DNA of 64,000 nucleotides from Leptogorgia sarmentosa (lineage: Eukaryota). A program made the position numbers and the translations under genes. The DNA lies in contig OZ210885.1 of the NCBI GenBank assembly GCA_964658305.1, positions 3,224,001-3,288,000 on the forward strand. The letters are read 5' to 3'. The stretch's first letter is position 1, and each line of letters begins with the position of its first letter. The notes below the pieces were generated by a model. It was given only the letters and a program-made list of their open reading frames with translations. It was not told the DNA's origin and did not search any database. Positions 24,201 through 36,579 of the stretch are shown here, one piece after another.

Positions 24201-26734
24201 ATATTGACGAATGTCTGGACAAGTCCAATCATTGCCACTCAAATGCAAACTGCACAAATACTGACGGTTCATACAAATGTAAATGCTCTCAAGGTTACCG
24301 AGGAAATGGACAGAATTGTACAGGTAAATATCAGGACAACTTTTGTTTTGTTGAAGGGCGCTTCAGATAAAATTTGGGCCCAGGAGAAAGTAAACTTGGG
24401 GACTGTGAAGTGTGAAGTTTCGGCACAAACTTAATGCTGCCGGTCTACAAACGTTTTTGGAATTGTACTACGCAATCATTTGCAGTATCAGTGGCATTGT
24501 GATAATTATATTGCCATCGTGTAGATAACGGATAGTAACATCAACAACTAACAAAAGTTCTAGTCTGTACTACTTTAATGATATAAACAGATTTGACGTT
24601 CGAGCAAAGGTCCACTGTCGGAAGTAATTACAGTCTAAAGGGGGGGATACAGTCTAAAGGGGGGGGGGGGGGTTCAAGGTAAAGAATTTAATTACGTGCA
24701 CGTTATCCACAATAGTTTTGCCAATGAGCCTTCAATAACTATAAGTAACATCATAAGTAACATCAATGGTCACAAACGTTTATTTATCTTCTATCTTCTA
24801 GTATTTTTCACAGATACTTCATTCATTCAAATTTATTTCTCCATTCTGGAGCCTTTTTTCCCCATTGAAGGCCCTGTTTAACAGTTTAACTTCGCACATT
24901 TTGTTTCAATTCGTCATTTGCTGCCAGGAATTTGTGAAACAGAGAGAAATTAATTAGAACTTTACTATTATTTTTTTAATTTTTCAGACATAGACGAATG
25001 TTCTGAAGGCAGCCATGGCTGTCAGGCTGACGCAACCTGTAACAACACTCCAGGATCATACAACTGCACATGTCCCAGTGGGGCATATATTGCCAGAAAC
25101 AAATCTTGCCAGAATCTCAAAGGTGATTTATTGTTTAGTGAGATTAATATGTACTCAAGTTTCTTTGGTCAATGGTATAAGCTAGAGTGTCGAGATGTGT
25201 TTCCATGTCTGGAAGGAACGTTAAATTCCTTTATCGTTAAATCATAGTTTAGTAATAATAATGACAATAATATATCAAATTTATATTCCCTCATGCAGTC
25301 GTGTCAGAGATATTGAAAAATGAACCAAACGAATTCGAGAATAAACTGAGAGAATGGTTACCAAGAACAGGAAATTGGAGTATTTGTTGGCGAGCAACGG
25401 GAGATGGTTGGGCTGCGAGTACATTTCATTCAAAATGTGATGGAAAATCACCGACCTTAACTATCGTTCAAGTCATGAAAAACGGCAAAAAGTTTGTTTT
25501 CGGCGGTTATGCTACGGTATCATGGAAGCAGGCCTACAGCTCCAGTAAGTTTGAAATGATTAAAGTTATAAGACTATTATTTTAACCAGGTATCAGGTTT
25601 TTCTCTTCGCTCCATCCTAACTGACTCTTACTTTTATTAATTTGTTACCTGCATGGTCCGGCAATGACTGCAATTATTGTGATACAAACATTTGTTGATG
25701 AAATTGGACAAAAACACGATCTGCTAAAGGTTTGTCTCAGGCTTAAAGGTGAAAAATCTGAATGCGTTATCATGCATTTTGATGCATGCATGACATTTTG
25801 CTTAAATGCCGGATGTACAGTGCCCTGTAGTATAAAATAAATTGCCAGTCCGTGCATGTCTGGTATAAAATGAATAGTATAAAATAAATCGCTCTGTCTT
25901 TAAAAATATAGCTATTGATGTCCAGGTAAATTTACAACTTCAATAATATGAACCAGCATACTTTTTAATTTTGGTTTACAGGGACTTTTCACAATTTCAA
26001 TTTTATGCCTGAATGAGATAGCAGGGAGATTAGTTAAAATCTGGCCTCGTATAAAAGGAGTGCCATCTGAAATGGGATTCGAGTAATTAAATACGCGTAT
26101 TAAATAGTAGGTGGTTTTCCACCAATGTGTCCATGTTTAGACTACGTGGCACAATGTTAATTTAACTCTTTATACTGGACCGGTGTTAATTTAACAATTT
26201 ATCACATCAAATTTACTCATTATGGAGAAAAAATTAAATCTTCATTCAGGAGTTAAGGTCGTTTTATTTCTCCCATCCACACTGGCACCGCCCGCTCGAA
26301 ATTTTCGGGATTGCTTTGAAACTGATGATCTTTATCACGACTGAAATACCCGATAAACTAAGAGACAGAGCTGTAATCATATCTGACCCAGGATTGTTGT
26401 GTTTATTTTGACAGGTCATCAAAAATCTGCTCCAGGGTCATTTTTGTTCTCTCTGCGCAATAACGATGACCTTCCACCATTCAAGGCTCCGCTGAAAGAC
26501 GAGAATTACGGGAATGCAATTTACTGTGGCAGTGGATATGGACCAACATTTGGTTGGGGTCACGACTTGCGCATTTTCAACGATGCGAAATCAAACACCA
26601 ACTCCTACACGAGGTTTGGTTACACCTACCAAGTTCCATCTGGATACACTTACGACCAAGCCAACACACGATCCCTCCTGGCAGGAACCTATCATTTCAC
26701 TCCATCAGAAGTCGAAGTCTTGTATCTAAATTAA
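21236..26734 (+). CDS. Copy C: intact secreted PAN-EGF(x3)-TLDc protein, ~429 aa; exons 21236-21344, 22868-23091, 23198-23207, 23696-23818, 24201-24323, 24988-25122, 25299-25544, 26415-26734
   Basis: All GT-AG, summed CDS 1290 nt in frame; signal peptide [19 protein letters not shown]-like ECHLHC..C..YNF..CQL..WNFYE; DIDEC cbEGF exons; TLDc RATGDGW..FH..CDGK.PT..FGGY and SFLFSL..GPTFG..DL..EVEV. Confidence 0.85.
22086..22640. repeat. Degenerate tandem repeat (~170-200-bp units) in intron 1 of copy C
   Basis: Recurring blocks gataaactaaagtttt..actcgcagat; cagactgaaatccttgc.caactgggcgc; gtcgtaaaat.catcc. Confidence 0.6.
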
Positions 26735-28828
26735 AAACCTACTTCAACAATGCCATAAGGCAAATAATTTTAACATAAAGCAGAATATACCGAAGATGAT
26801 TTGAAAATAAGCCTACTCCCATGTAATCTCCATGATTGTAAAACACACTTCAATCAATTTTATAATTTAGGGAACTTTATATGCTTAGGGAACATAAAAT
26901 TTCCGTGTCTAAAAATTGACAAGTCTATATATAAAGCAATATATAAAGACTTCTTCCTAAAATACATAACAGCCCTATAGACGTCTATTGCATCATTTAC
27001 AGTAATTTTTTATAGAAAAGTAGATAAAGTTTTGCTGTTGTAGCTATATCCAGCCACATTATGATGATAGATAGAATGGAATTCGTCCATAAAATATTGT
27101 AGAAATGCCTCAACATAACCAAAGAAAGGCAATAATTAACTAGACAAACACTCATACACTCGCCCAAATAGACAAACACTGTATTATTTAACATTGTATA
27201 ATTATGGTTTAATTTGTTAAATAAAAATTTGGGAAAATCATAGTTGTTTAAATATGTATCAAGAATTGTTTTACAATAATTGAACTGTACAACCAAACAT
27301 GATCTACAAAAAAGTCCGTAAACTCGAACCGAGGCTGAATCGCAAATGAACAAAAAGGACATCGTGCTGTAAGATGACATGTTTTTGAGGTATGTTTGAT
27401 TTTTTAATTGCATTTAATTTTTTCTTATTTTTGTGCATGGAATTAGAATTCAATACGAGTTTTTTCAAGCCCCAGGTTTCAATAGTGCTTTTTTATATCA
27501 TTTGTATCGTGAACATTTTTTTTAAATATCAAGCGGGGTTCTATTTATTAATTAAATAATCATTGCTCAATTTGAATGAATCCGAAAACCCACCAAAGAT
27601 GCAATTAGTTTAAGAACCTTTTTACGCCGCATTTCTTTGAAAAATGTAACAGAATGTCGATCGTTTCTGCTCGAATAGACTAGCATGCATACATCGTTTT
27701 ATCTATGTTTAGGTTTTGAAAAAGAACCTCGGAAAAATTGCATTCTTGCCGGTATTTATTTCCTTGGTTTGGAACAACCCCGAAAAATTTGAACAAACTG
27801 AAATTAAGTCATAACGCATCAGAATTCTAGGACTAGAAGACTAGCTTTTTCAGTCGAAAGATATTCTTTAGCCTCGATCGGAAATGCTTTTTTTCATTAT
27901 TCTCTCTATAAGAAAGGGGCAGTGGTGGGGGGTCATATATTTGGCAAGTTTAAGAATTTGTTTTACATTTTCGACTCAGGAAACGTTGAAGGCGAGGCAT
28001 AATTCACTGCGAGACAACATTTTGGTTCATTGCGATACTTTAAGAGAAACAGTGCCGCATTCAGGGGCCCTACAAAAGGGGGGGGGGGGGTCATTCATCC
28101 AGCAGATCATACACAGTTATCCTGCGCATACAAATATGTCCAAACCTATTTCATGGGTATGAGCCGGGAGATGTTATTAACGTTAACTTAGAAATAACAA
28201 ATGTTGTACAGGTGCGACATAATATGATTCAGATAAAACAGTATAATGTTAGTATATATAGTTCATCAAAGCAATATCTTCAGAGGTTTTTGGGATTGGG
28301 AATTCAATGGTGATTAGGATATGACTAGGCGTACTTGATATTCGTCTTCACCCGCTTTCTTATATGGTTTTCAAGGAATTTAAGACATGTTTTGAATAAA
28401 ACGCTCCCTGACCGCATTAACCGCTGGGCACACTGATGGGGCGCAAGAATTATTGGGGCCCAAACATCTTCGGTGATCAGTTACAAATTCATAAATTTCA
28501 TTCTCCTGCGCACAAAGATGTATAACAAAGTTTAACAGTTGGTTTAATTAGTTTGATGGCGAGCAAAAACAGCCAAACAAGGACATTCTGCCATCGCGGC
28601 CATTCACAAAGTCCTGAGCACTTTAGGCCAAAATTATTGGTGGGTAAATACCCCTCCTCCTTCCCCCGGTCACGCCGTCCCCGGGTTTACTTGAGTTGGA
28701 GTATTTGAAGTTTGTGTTTCAACTACTGGCATATGTACTCAGTATCACTATCATGTTATTGTAGCCAGTCAACTACATATTCAACCTCGTTCCCAGGGTC
28801 TTGATCTACATATTCAGTCTAATGGGAA

Positions 28829-29116
28829 GATAGGCGTACGGGCTACATTTTTTCAGAGGGGAATAGAAAGAAGATCGTTGCCCGAATGGGCAACGGTAGC
28901 GAATCTCACGAGGCGCCGGGCGAGGAAATTTTGAACGTTTACGACCTCTGCATTGCGCGAAACAACGCATTCAGAGTACTAACTCCATTTTCTTGGTACG
29001 CTCCTTCAGATGGACGACTGAGGGATTGTTGACATCACCTTAATCCACAGATTTTTGCCGGAATTATGCCCAAAAATGTGCCCACTTGCTCCCCCCCCCT
29101 GCCTCGTACGCCTATG
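28829..29116. mobile_element. hAT-like MITE
   Basis: TIR (g)ataggcgtacg / cgtacgcctat(g); perfect 8-bp TSD AATGGGAA. Confidence 0.75.
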
Positions 29117-31743
29117 AATGGGAAGTTGGGAACGCTAAATTCGGCTGTCTGCTAAAACAACGATGCTTGAGAGCACGTCAGGTGATTGACATCATTGGCG
29201 GGCACGAGCAGCATTGCGGGCATATCGCCGCCAAATCGCCCCAAAAACCGGGCATGGACTACCGTGTTTATTATTTCTTTACTTTACATTATTTCGTTTG
29301 CAGTTTCAGCGTTGCAGGAATTGGGGGGCCGCGCTTTTCAGAAAGATTTATTCGTACTTGGTACCAGGGGTCTTTAGTCCCCCCCCCCCCCAATTATTTC
29401 CAGACGTTTTGTTCAGTTATTGTTGGGTTTCTATATTTGGTTGGTTAGAATTCATATAAAAGGCCGATTCATGATGTCAGCCACGCTCCACCAACAAGCC
29501 TTTCCATCAAAAAGACCACTACCGGCACGACAGAGGTTCCATTTTCTGAGCTACAGTACATGCGTTCTGTATATGATCATTATTGCGGTGGTAATTCTCA
29601 AAATGTGCTAGGACATCACACGCTCTCCCGCATCCCCCCCCCCCTGCCCAGCCCCTCCCCTAAACGAAGTGTGCTTCATCTCCATTGTCGTTCTGATGTC
29701 GTGCTTTGTATTGTGTCGTTTATGTTGTGTTCATAAGCTGCTACAATCACATTCAGATGTTTCGGGACAGATACCCATCATTTCCTGAAACGTCAACCCC
29801 CTTGCTCACATTTCAATGTTGTGTTGTAGTTAATAATACAATAATGTATGTATTGCCAACACAACATTGAATGGGGTGGGGGAGGGGAGGGGAGGGGTGT
29901 TATTAGTGTCTGTAATTATTAGCACAATGCCACTGATGTCCTGAGACTATTGGTGTCCCAACTACTTCTGAAAGTGATTGTAGGATATGTACTCCCCGCT
30001 GTTTTTGAGATGCCGCAAGGATGGACGCCAAGAGAGAGGGCGCCCTAAACTTTTTTCGTGACGCGTGAATGGACATTTTTGCTTAACATGAAAGTCGGTA
30101 TAGGAACTGGTTAAATTTCATTGGGCGAAACACTATATCCAATGTCTCTTTTACAACAGTGGAGTTGGATTTCTCAAAGCTAGGTATTTCGCGCGGTTCC
30201 ACTTAGGTTCTTATTTGAAAGGACTATTTCCCAGCCTGTTACACGCGTGGATCTTCCGGTGCGGAAATGACGTTACTCGACAACTCAATGAGTTCACTCG
30301 GCTATGAGGCCATTACATGAGTTTAATAAGTAGTATAAACATTAAATGGATATATAAATAATACCGCCCATTCTACATGTCAATTACCACCTGGCACGTG
30401 TGGAGATTATATTTCAAGTTTTCGCGCCCGAATAATTCAGTAATTCTGGAATGAAAACTGTGCAGACGAAACGAGCCCGCATCCTCGCCCCTACAGACGA
30501 TCTCAGGCGGACTGGTGGTAGGTTTAGGTTCGATCTTGTGCACAGAATGACAATAACCGGAAGGGCAACTCATCAGTGCAACATGTGCTCCTATTTTTGT
30601 GAGATTTACTGGAGAGAATAATGGCCAGATCACCGTTTCTATGCAATTGACTGGGCAGAACCTGCATGAAGACCCGCCGCTTACACTTGCAACTTTCACT
30701 GGGATTTCTTCTTTTGATGGATGTGAATGAGTAAACCAGTTACGAATGCTTGGATGAGGATTGAGGAGACCTTCACTCAGAACTTTCATTGTTATTTCAC
30801 TCATTCACATCCCTTGAAAGGAGAAAATCGGTCGTTGCCACTCTTGGGGCTAGAACGTTAATTGGGGGGCAGGGGGGGGGCGGTGCATATTCATATTTTG
30901 GCGTTCATGAATTAATTTCAAAAGAGATCAATCGGCAGAACGCCAAGCCACAATATGAATATGCACCCCCCCCCCCCCCATTAACGTTCTAGCGCCGGCC
31001 CTGTTCGCTGCTCTGTAGATAGTTGAACCATTCTGACTCGACCTGCATGGCGGCAAGACGAAGATATAATTTTACGCGTTTGTTATCATCTGCTTAAACG
31101 GTGGATAAAAAAATATTAATCAAGTTTATAAATTGCGGACTACAAGCAAACTAAACTTTTCCGTCAAAACATAACAACAATGCATAGAACTTCACATTTA
31201 GTTGATAAAATTTGAGTTGAATTATTTACAAAATGAGTAGAAGGTTTTTAAAATTTTGCTTCTCCACTGCTTCTCCTCCGCCTTTGATACAATCGGCCCC
31301 TGCATCTCAAGAAGTTAACGGTTAAGTCCCGTTTAGCTTAAATGGTTGATAAGTCCAGAATACAAAGCAATTCTGTAATCATCGATCAATGAAAATAAAA
31401 TAAATGAATAACCGTCCCCGCGGCCTAGAGGTGTAATGATAACCCACGCTTCACTAACAAAAGGGTGATTTCTATAGATCGAGGTAACTTGGAGCAACGA
31501 GTGTATGTAGGAGTTAACAACCTATCTTCAATTATATATATATTTTTACAAATTTTTAAGAACTATTCAATTTTTAATTGTGGCAGGTGCATCATATAAT
31601 GCATGCAACGGAACGCATGCTTCCCTTTGTAAATATTTTCAACCGACATGGCAACAAACTCACTCAACTCACTTTTTCAACTGCATGGGAAATTCTTTAA
31701 AAAACATTGAAAAATTTATGACCTAAAATTCAGCTTATATAGC

Positions 31744-32656
31744 CAGGGGCGTAGCGAAGGGGGGGTCCGGGGGGGGTGGGTACCGGACCCCCCCAATGTT
31801 GTCTCTGTCGGCACAAATTGCACTTCTGTCGGCAGATTTGAGGCGAGAGTTAGGTCTTATGCAGATAATTAGAAAAATGTTGGACAATTTTAAAATTTCT
31901 CTAAAATTTTTTAAAATGCTGACGGAAGATTAAAAATGACGATGTTATATCGGAAAATTCAGAAAATGCCGACGAAATGTAGTCAAAATTGAAGGAGAAA
32001 CAAGGAGAATTGCTATCGCTGACGTTTAATCCGCCCCCCCCCCAATATTTAATGCAAGGGGGCCGAAATATCTTTCGGCCCCCCCCCCATTAAGAACTGG
32101 ACCAGCTGTTGTATTTGGTTTGTAAACTGTGCGATTAGTTCGCAAGCTGTGGTTGTAATACATCTAAGACCTCTAGACTCTATTCTGAGTGTTAAGGCTT
32201 TGGTTAACACTCTGAAATGGCCGTTTCCGGCGATCTGGAGGCTCTAAATTCTCAAAATTTTCTCGCTTGACGCCAACCATGGTGGCGTCTCGTGAGACTC
32301 GGCCCCCCAAATTTCAAACCATTCCTACGCCCCTGGTTTATCAGAATTGGACATATTTTGTTAACAGAGAACTATTTAGTTACTAGTGGTTATCTGTTCT
32401 ATGTAATTTAATTTGTTTGTGAAACGTTTGGCTTGCTCAAAATTTGTTCAGAACTTACTCTAATATCGATACAATGTGTAAATAGAAAATATATCTTATT
32501 AGATATTAAAAAGTCAAAGAATTTTTATCTGACAATTCTTATTAAAAACTAACGCGTTTCGAAAACCACGCCCAAACCACACGTACGCCACGCCCATTTT
32601 GTCGGCAAAGTTGAGGCACGCACCCCCCCAATCACATAGCCTTCGCCACGCCCCTG
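31744..32656. mobile_element. hAT-like non-autonomous element containing a nested related terminus (~32335)
   Basis: TIR caggggcgtagcgaag / cttcgccacgcccctg; perfect 8-bp TSD TATATAGC. Confidence 0.8.
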
Positions 32657-35600
32657 TATATAGCTATATAGGATGTGCAGGAAACGTCCTGGTAAAATTA
32701 ATGCGATGAACAAAAGAGCACTTGGTATATTGCTTCCGAAGTAATTATAGGTTGAACTGCATGGGTGTGCAAAACCTCTTAGACGGAGGGATGGCGTTGT
32801 GCGGTTTCTGTGTGTTTCCAGTACAATAAGTTGAGGGTAACGTCAACGATCTTGAAGATAGTGTGACTCTCAAGTTTTAGCCTAAATTCATCAAAATTAT
32901 ATTTCAACGGAAAACTATTTCCACGTCATTTGTTGCTATGGTGAAAAATATTTATACAGTGAAGCACGTTGCGAGCATCCTACGTAGCTACACCTGCGTG
33001 CTATACATTGGGATTTAGACATGCAGTTAGTACAACCGATCAGTCGCTATTGCGAGGTTTACTTTGTAAAGGTTTTAAGAAAAGCTATTTTTTTACAACT
33101 TATAGGCGCTGTTTACATGCATGTGCCCGATTTGACGGGACGAGACGCTATAGCCTGGCTGATAGCCGAGCCTAAAGTTAAGAAGCGAAATTCGACGGCA
33201 AAACGCACTTACGCGTGAAGTTTGTGATCACGAACTTTCAATTTATGAACGAACGCTCAATTTTATCACAAATGCTCAAAATTCAAAAACAACTTTTACC
33301 AAAGGTAATGACATAGGAAACAACGTATTATGCAGAAAAATATTCATTTCGTCTTAAATGAGGTTTTTATTGGCGCCTGGCTACCCGGGCTGATGACTTT
33401 GCACGCAAGAGGTGAGATCCCACCTAAGCGGGCTAGCTCGGTTTGCATGTGAAGTCGAATTGTCTTAAGAAATTACCATGAAGCCGGGCGCCTCATTGAA
33501 AAGGGCTAGCCGCACATACTGTAAACAGCCCCTAAATCGGTCAAAAACGACTTTAGTCATCACACTGACTAAATCGAACTGGTTTATATTTACATGAATT
33601 TAATGTATGCAAACTGTTTAAACATGGTAAGTTTAGGTATTTTGTTTTAAGGATTGTTTTGTTCTCCTTTACATCGTCGCTATATGCATATAATAATATA
33701 TTATAAGTTTCTGACTGGCAATTTTTGATCTAAATTCATGAATTTATTAATTTCATGACTTTTTAACACCTTTCCAGCTCAATGAGCTTGTTGCTATGTT
33801 AGAAAATATTTGCGAAGGGATGCACGTTTCCTTGCTTGCACTTTTGCTGCACCTGCCGCATTTAAAATTCTGGGTCCCTGTCGGGAGCTTACTCGTATTG
33901 AAAAAGCTGTAAATAGAGGAATCAAAGACGGTTAAAAATGACTTTTCCTTTTTAGTAATTATCAGTTTCACGGTCATAGGCAATCATCAACGAAAAACGA
34001 AACTAATTATAGCCAACACTTATAAACTACAAGCATACATTTTGTTTTCGTGTCTGATCTGAAACATAGAGTTAGGTTTAAAAGTTTAAACGTTTCGAAT
34101 TCTGTTCCAGCGTTTATTGAGAATTCCTCGGCCAGAAATAAGGCGCAATGTTCCGATCCTGTCTTGTATATATTTCACTATGAACACCTCAAATAGAATG
34201 ATAAACGTTTCATATGTTTAATTACTCCTTGTGTTTATATAATTCGGTGAAAGATGCATGTTTGTCATATTTCATGATCTGATAGCACCTGTGTGTTGAA
34301 ACTCGTCTCCAATTTCTCTTCAATCAAGGTGTATATACTACTTCGCTTCTCGCTCAATTTTTATATTCAAAACCACAAATTATAATCCCTTATTAATCTT
34401 TAATTCTTTAATCTGCAAGTTCGAATTAGTAAAAACTGACCGACCATGCAATAATATGACTATCACGAAGAGTCCGTCCTATTTTCTGACAAACATCGGC
34501 CTTGTAAATGCCTTTAGCAAGGCATCTGTCTTTAAAACAAAATTTTCTATGTTGAAAAATATTTGCAAAGAGAAACATTTGTCACTACTAAAATTATTAA
34601 TTATATAGCCTATAGCTGCACCTGCTGGTCCTGCTACAATAAATATTCAAACGTTCTAAATATAACACTGTTTTTTTTTAAATGTGTTTTAATTCCAACA
34701 GATTAGGAAATAAAATTGAGTGCACAAATTCCTAAAAGAAATAAACTATAATCAGGAGTCCTCTGTCGCCCCAGTGTGCTAAAGAATCTAATGTAAATTC
34801 GAACTTTGTTTAGGTCAAATGTTTCTCTTTGGCTGACGAGCATCAGCTCACGAGAGTGAAAGGTTTTCCAGGCAGAATGAGGCAATAATCGAAAGAGTGA
34901 TTTCCAGTTGTGTTTAGAAAATTTGTTGGAATTTACATGTATTTTAATGTTTGATGGTTGCATGTGTACAATATGTGTTTTGGCAATTTGGCGGGTTATC
35001 TGTTATTGTTCATTGTGTTAATTGTTGCTTTTCAAAATTTCAAATGATAAAATTTTAAAGAAAGTTTGTAAGAATGCAAATTTTCGTTGCAAAATGTTTG
35101 AAAATGTGAGAAATATATCCCTATGTATATTTTAGTATTACGCACGCAAATTGATACCCTTGTCTCGATAAGTTCATTCAGCCAGTCGGTATAATCGATC
35201 AGTCCAGGCATGGGAGGTTTACTTTGTAAAATGTTGCAAAAGAAAAAAAGAGGATGGTTAAGAAATACTTGTGCTTAACTCCTAGTTTCACCGTCAGTAG
35301 TCAATCATCAACTAAACTTTAAAAAAATACGTTGGCATAATTATAATATATGATACATGCATATTCCTTTTGTTTAAGTTTTCTGTTTAAAAGATTGTTT
35401 TTGTTTCCATTTATGAGGAAAGTTTCTCGATCAGGCATAACTAAGGCACATTGTTTTGAGCTTGTCCTGGGTGCAAGCCTTATTTTTACAATGGAAAAAT
35501 AAACATCTGATCTTCTCGACGGAACAATTCCCATTATATAGACCAGTTTTTTATCGACACTAATCCAGACGTAAAAACGAAATTCCAGCAAAGATCCTTT

Positions 35601-36579
35601 GAAAAGTAGTAAAATTTCAAAATTTGGTTGAAATATGTTGCAATAATTTATGGGGAAAATACAGCCTTACAAAGTGGAAGATGATATAGCCTTGCAATTT
35701 CTCTCATTATTTTGTTGCAAGCGGAAATTCGGATTCCCACCACAAATATGGTTGTAAAAATGCCTTCAAAAAATCTCATTTTTATTGCTTAGATCAAAAC
35801 TTTTTCTCACCATGTGTGTATTAATCGTCCAAAGTGTCCATTAATCGTCGCCGTAACAACTGTATTGTATTTAATTGAGAGTGTGTATTGTACTTGTTTA
35901 TAATTTGCATATGTCCAGTGATGCTTATGCACTACCTCGCTTAACTTAGTCCCGCTCAATTTTTATATCAAGAATAACGAAATATCATTCCTTATTAATC
36001 CCTAATCTATTTCAATTGGCCGAGCACGCAATAATCATCACTATAATGTCGCTTCTGGCAAACACCGGCCTTGTAGATTCTTTTAGCGAGGTAAAAAATA
36101 ATCGAATGCTGCACAACATTTCTACTGTTGAAATATTTACACACAAAAACACATTTTTCACACAATTTCCGGGTTTTTTATATAACTGTGGGTAAATTTT
36201 CTGTACTTTTCATAATTCCATTCTTAACGTTAGCTTCATTCCATGCAAGTGGGGGAAAGTGAGACAAATGAATTGTAAGAAGTACAGACAGTGGATGTTA
36301 TTGATGAAAAGAGGCAGCTGCGTGACCGGGACGAAGACTTTTCCAAACTTTTTTAAATCAAGCAATTTACGCAAAGAAACCCGCAGTCTACTCAACAATT
36401 CAAGGTTAAGCATTGCAACACTCATATCTGACAGTCTACTGGCATGACAGATTGAAGAGGTCACGATTCCATGCCGTGTCCAAAAGTATAAAAATAGCCT
36501 AGCATCCTCCAATCTCATTCAGGAGAGAAATGTTTTGGGGAATCAATATCTTTTGAGTTCATCGAATGTTGCTATAAAA

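Noticed and set aside
30373..30804. 143-aa minus-strand ORF in a moderately GC-rich stretch
   Set aside because: No recognisable domain or splice structure; may be decayed coding or TE sequence, but cannot be supported
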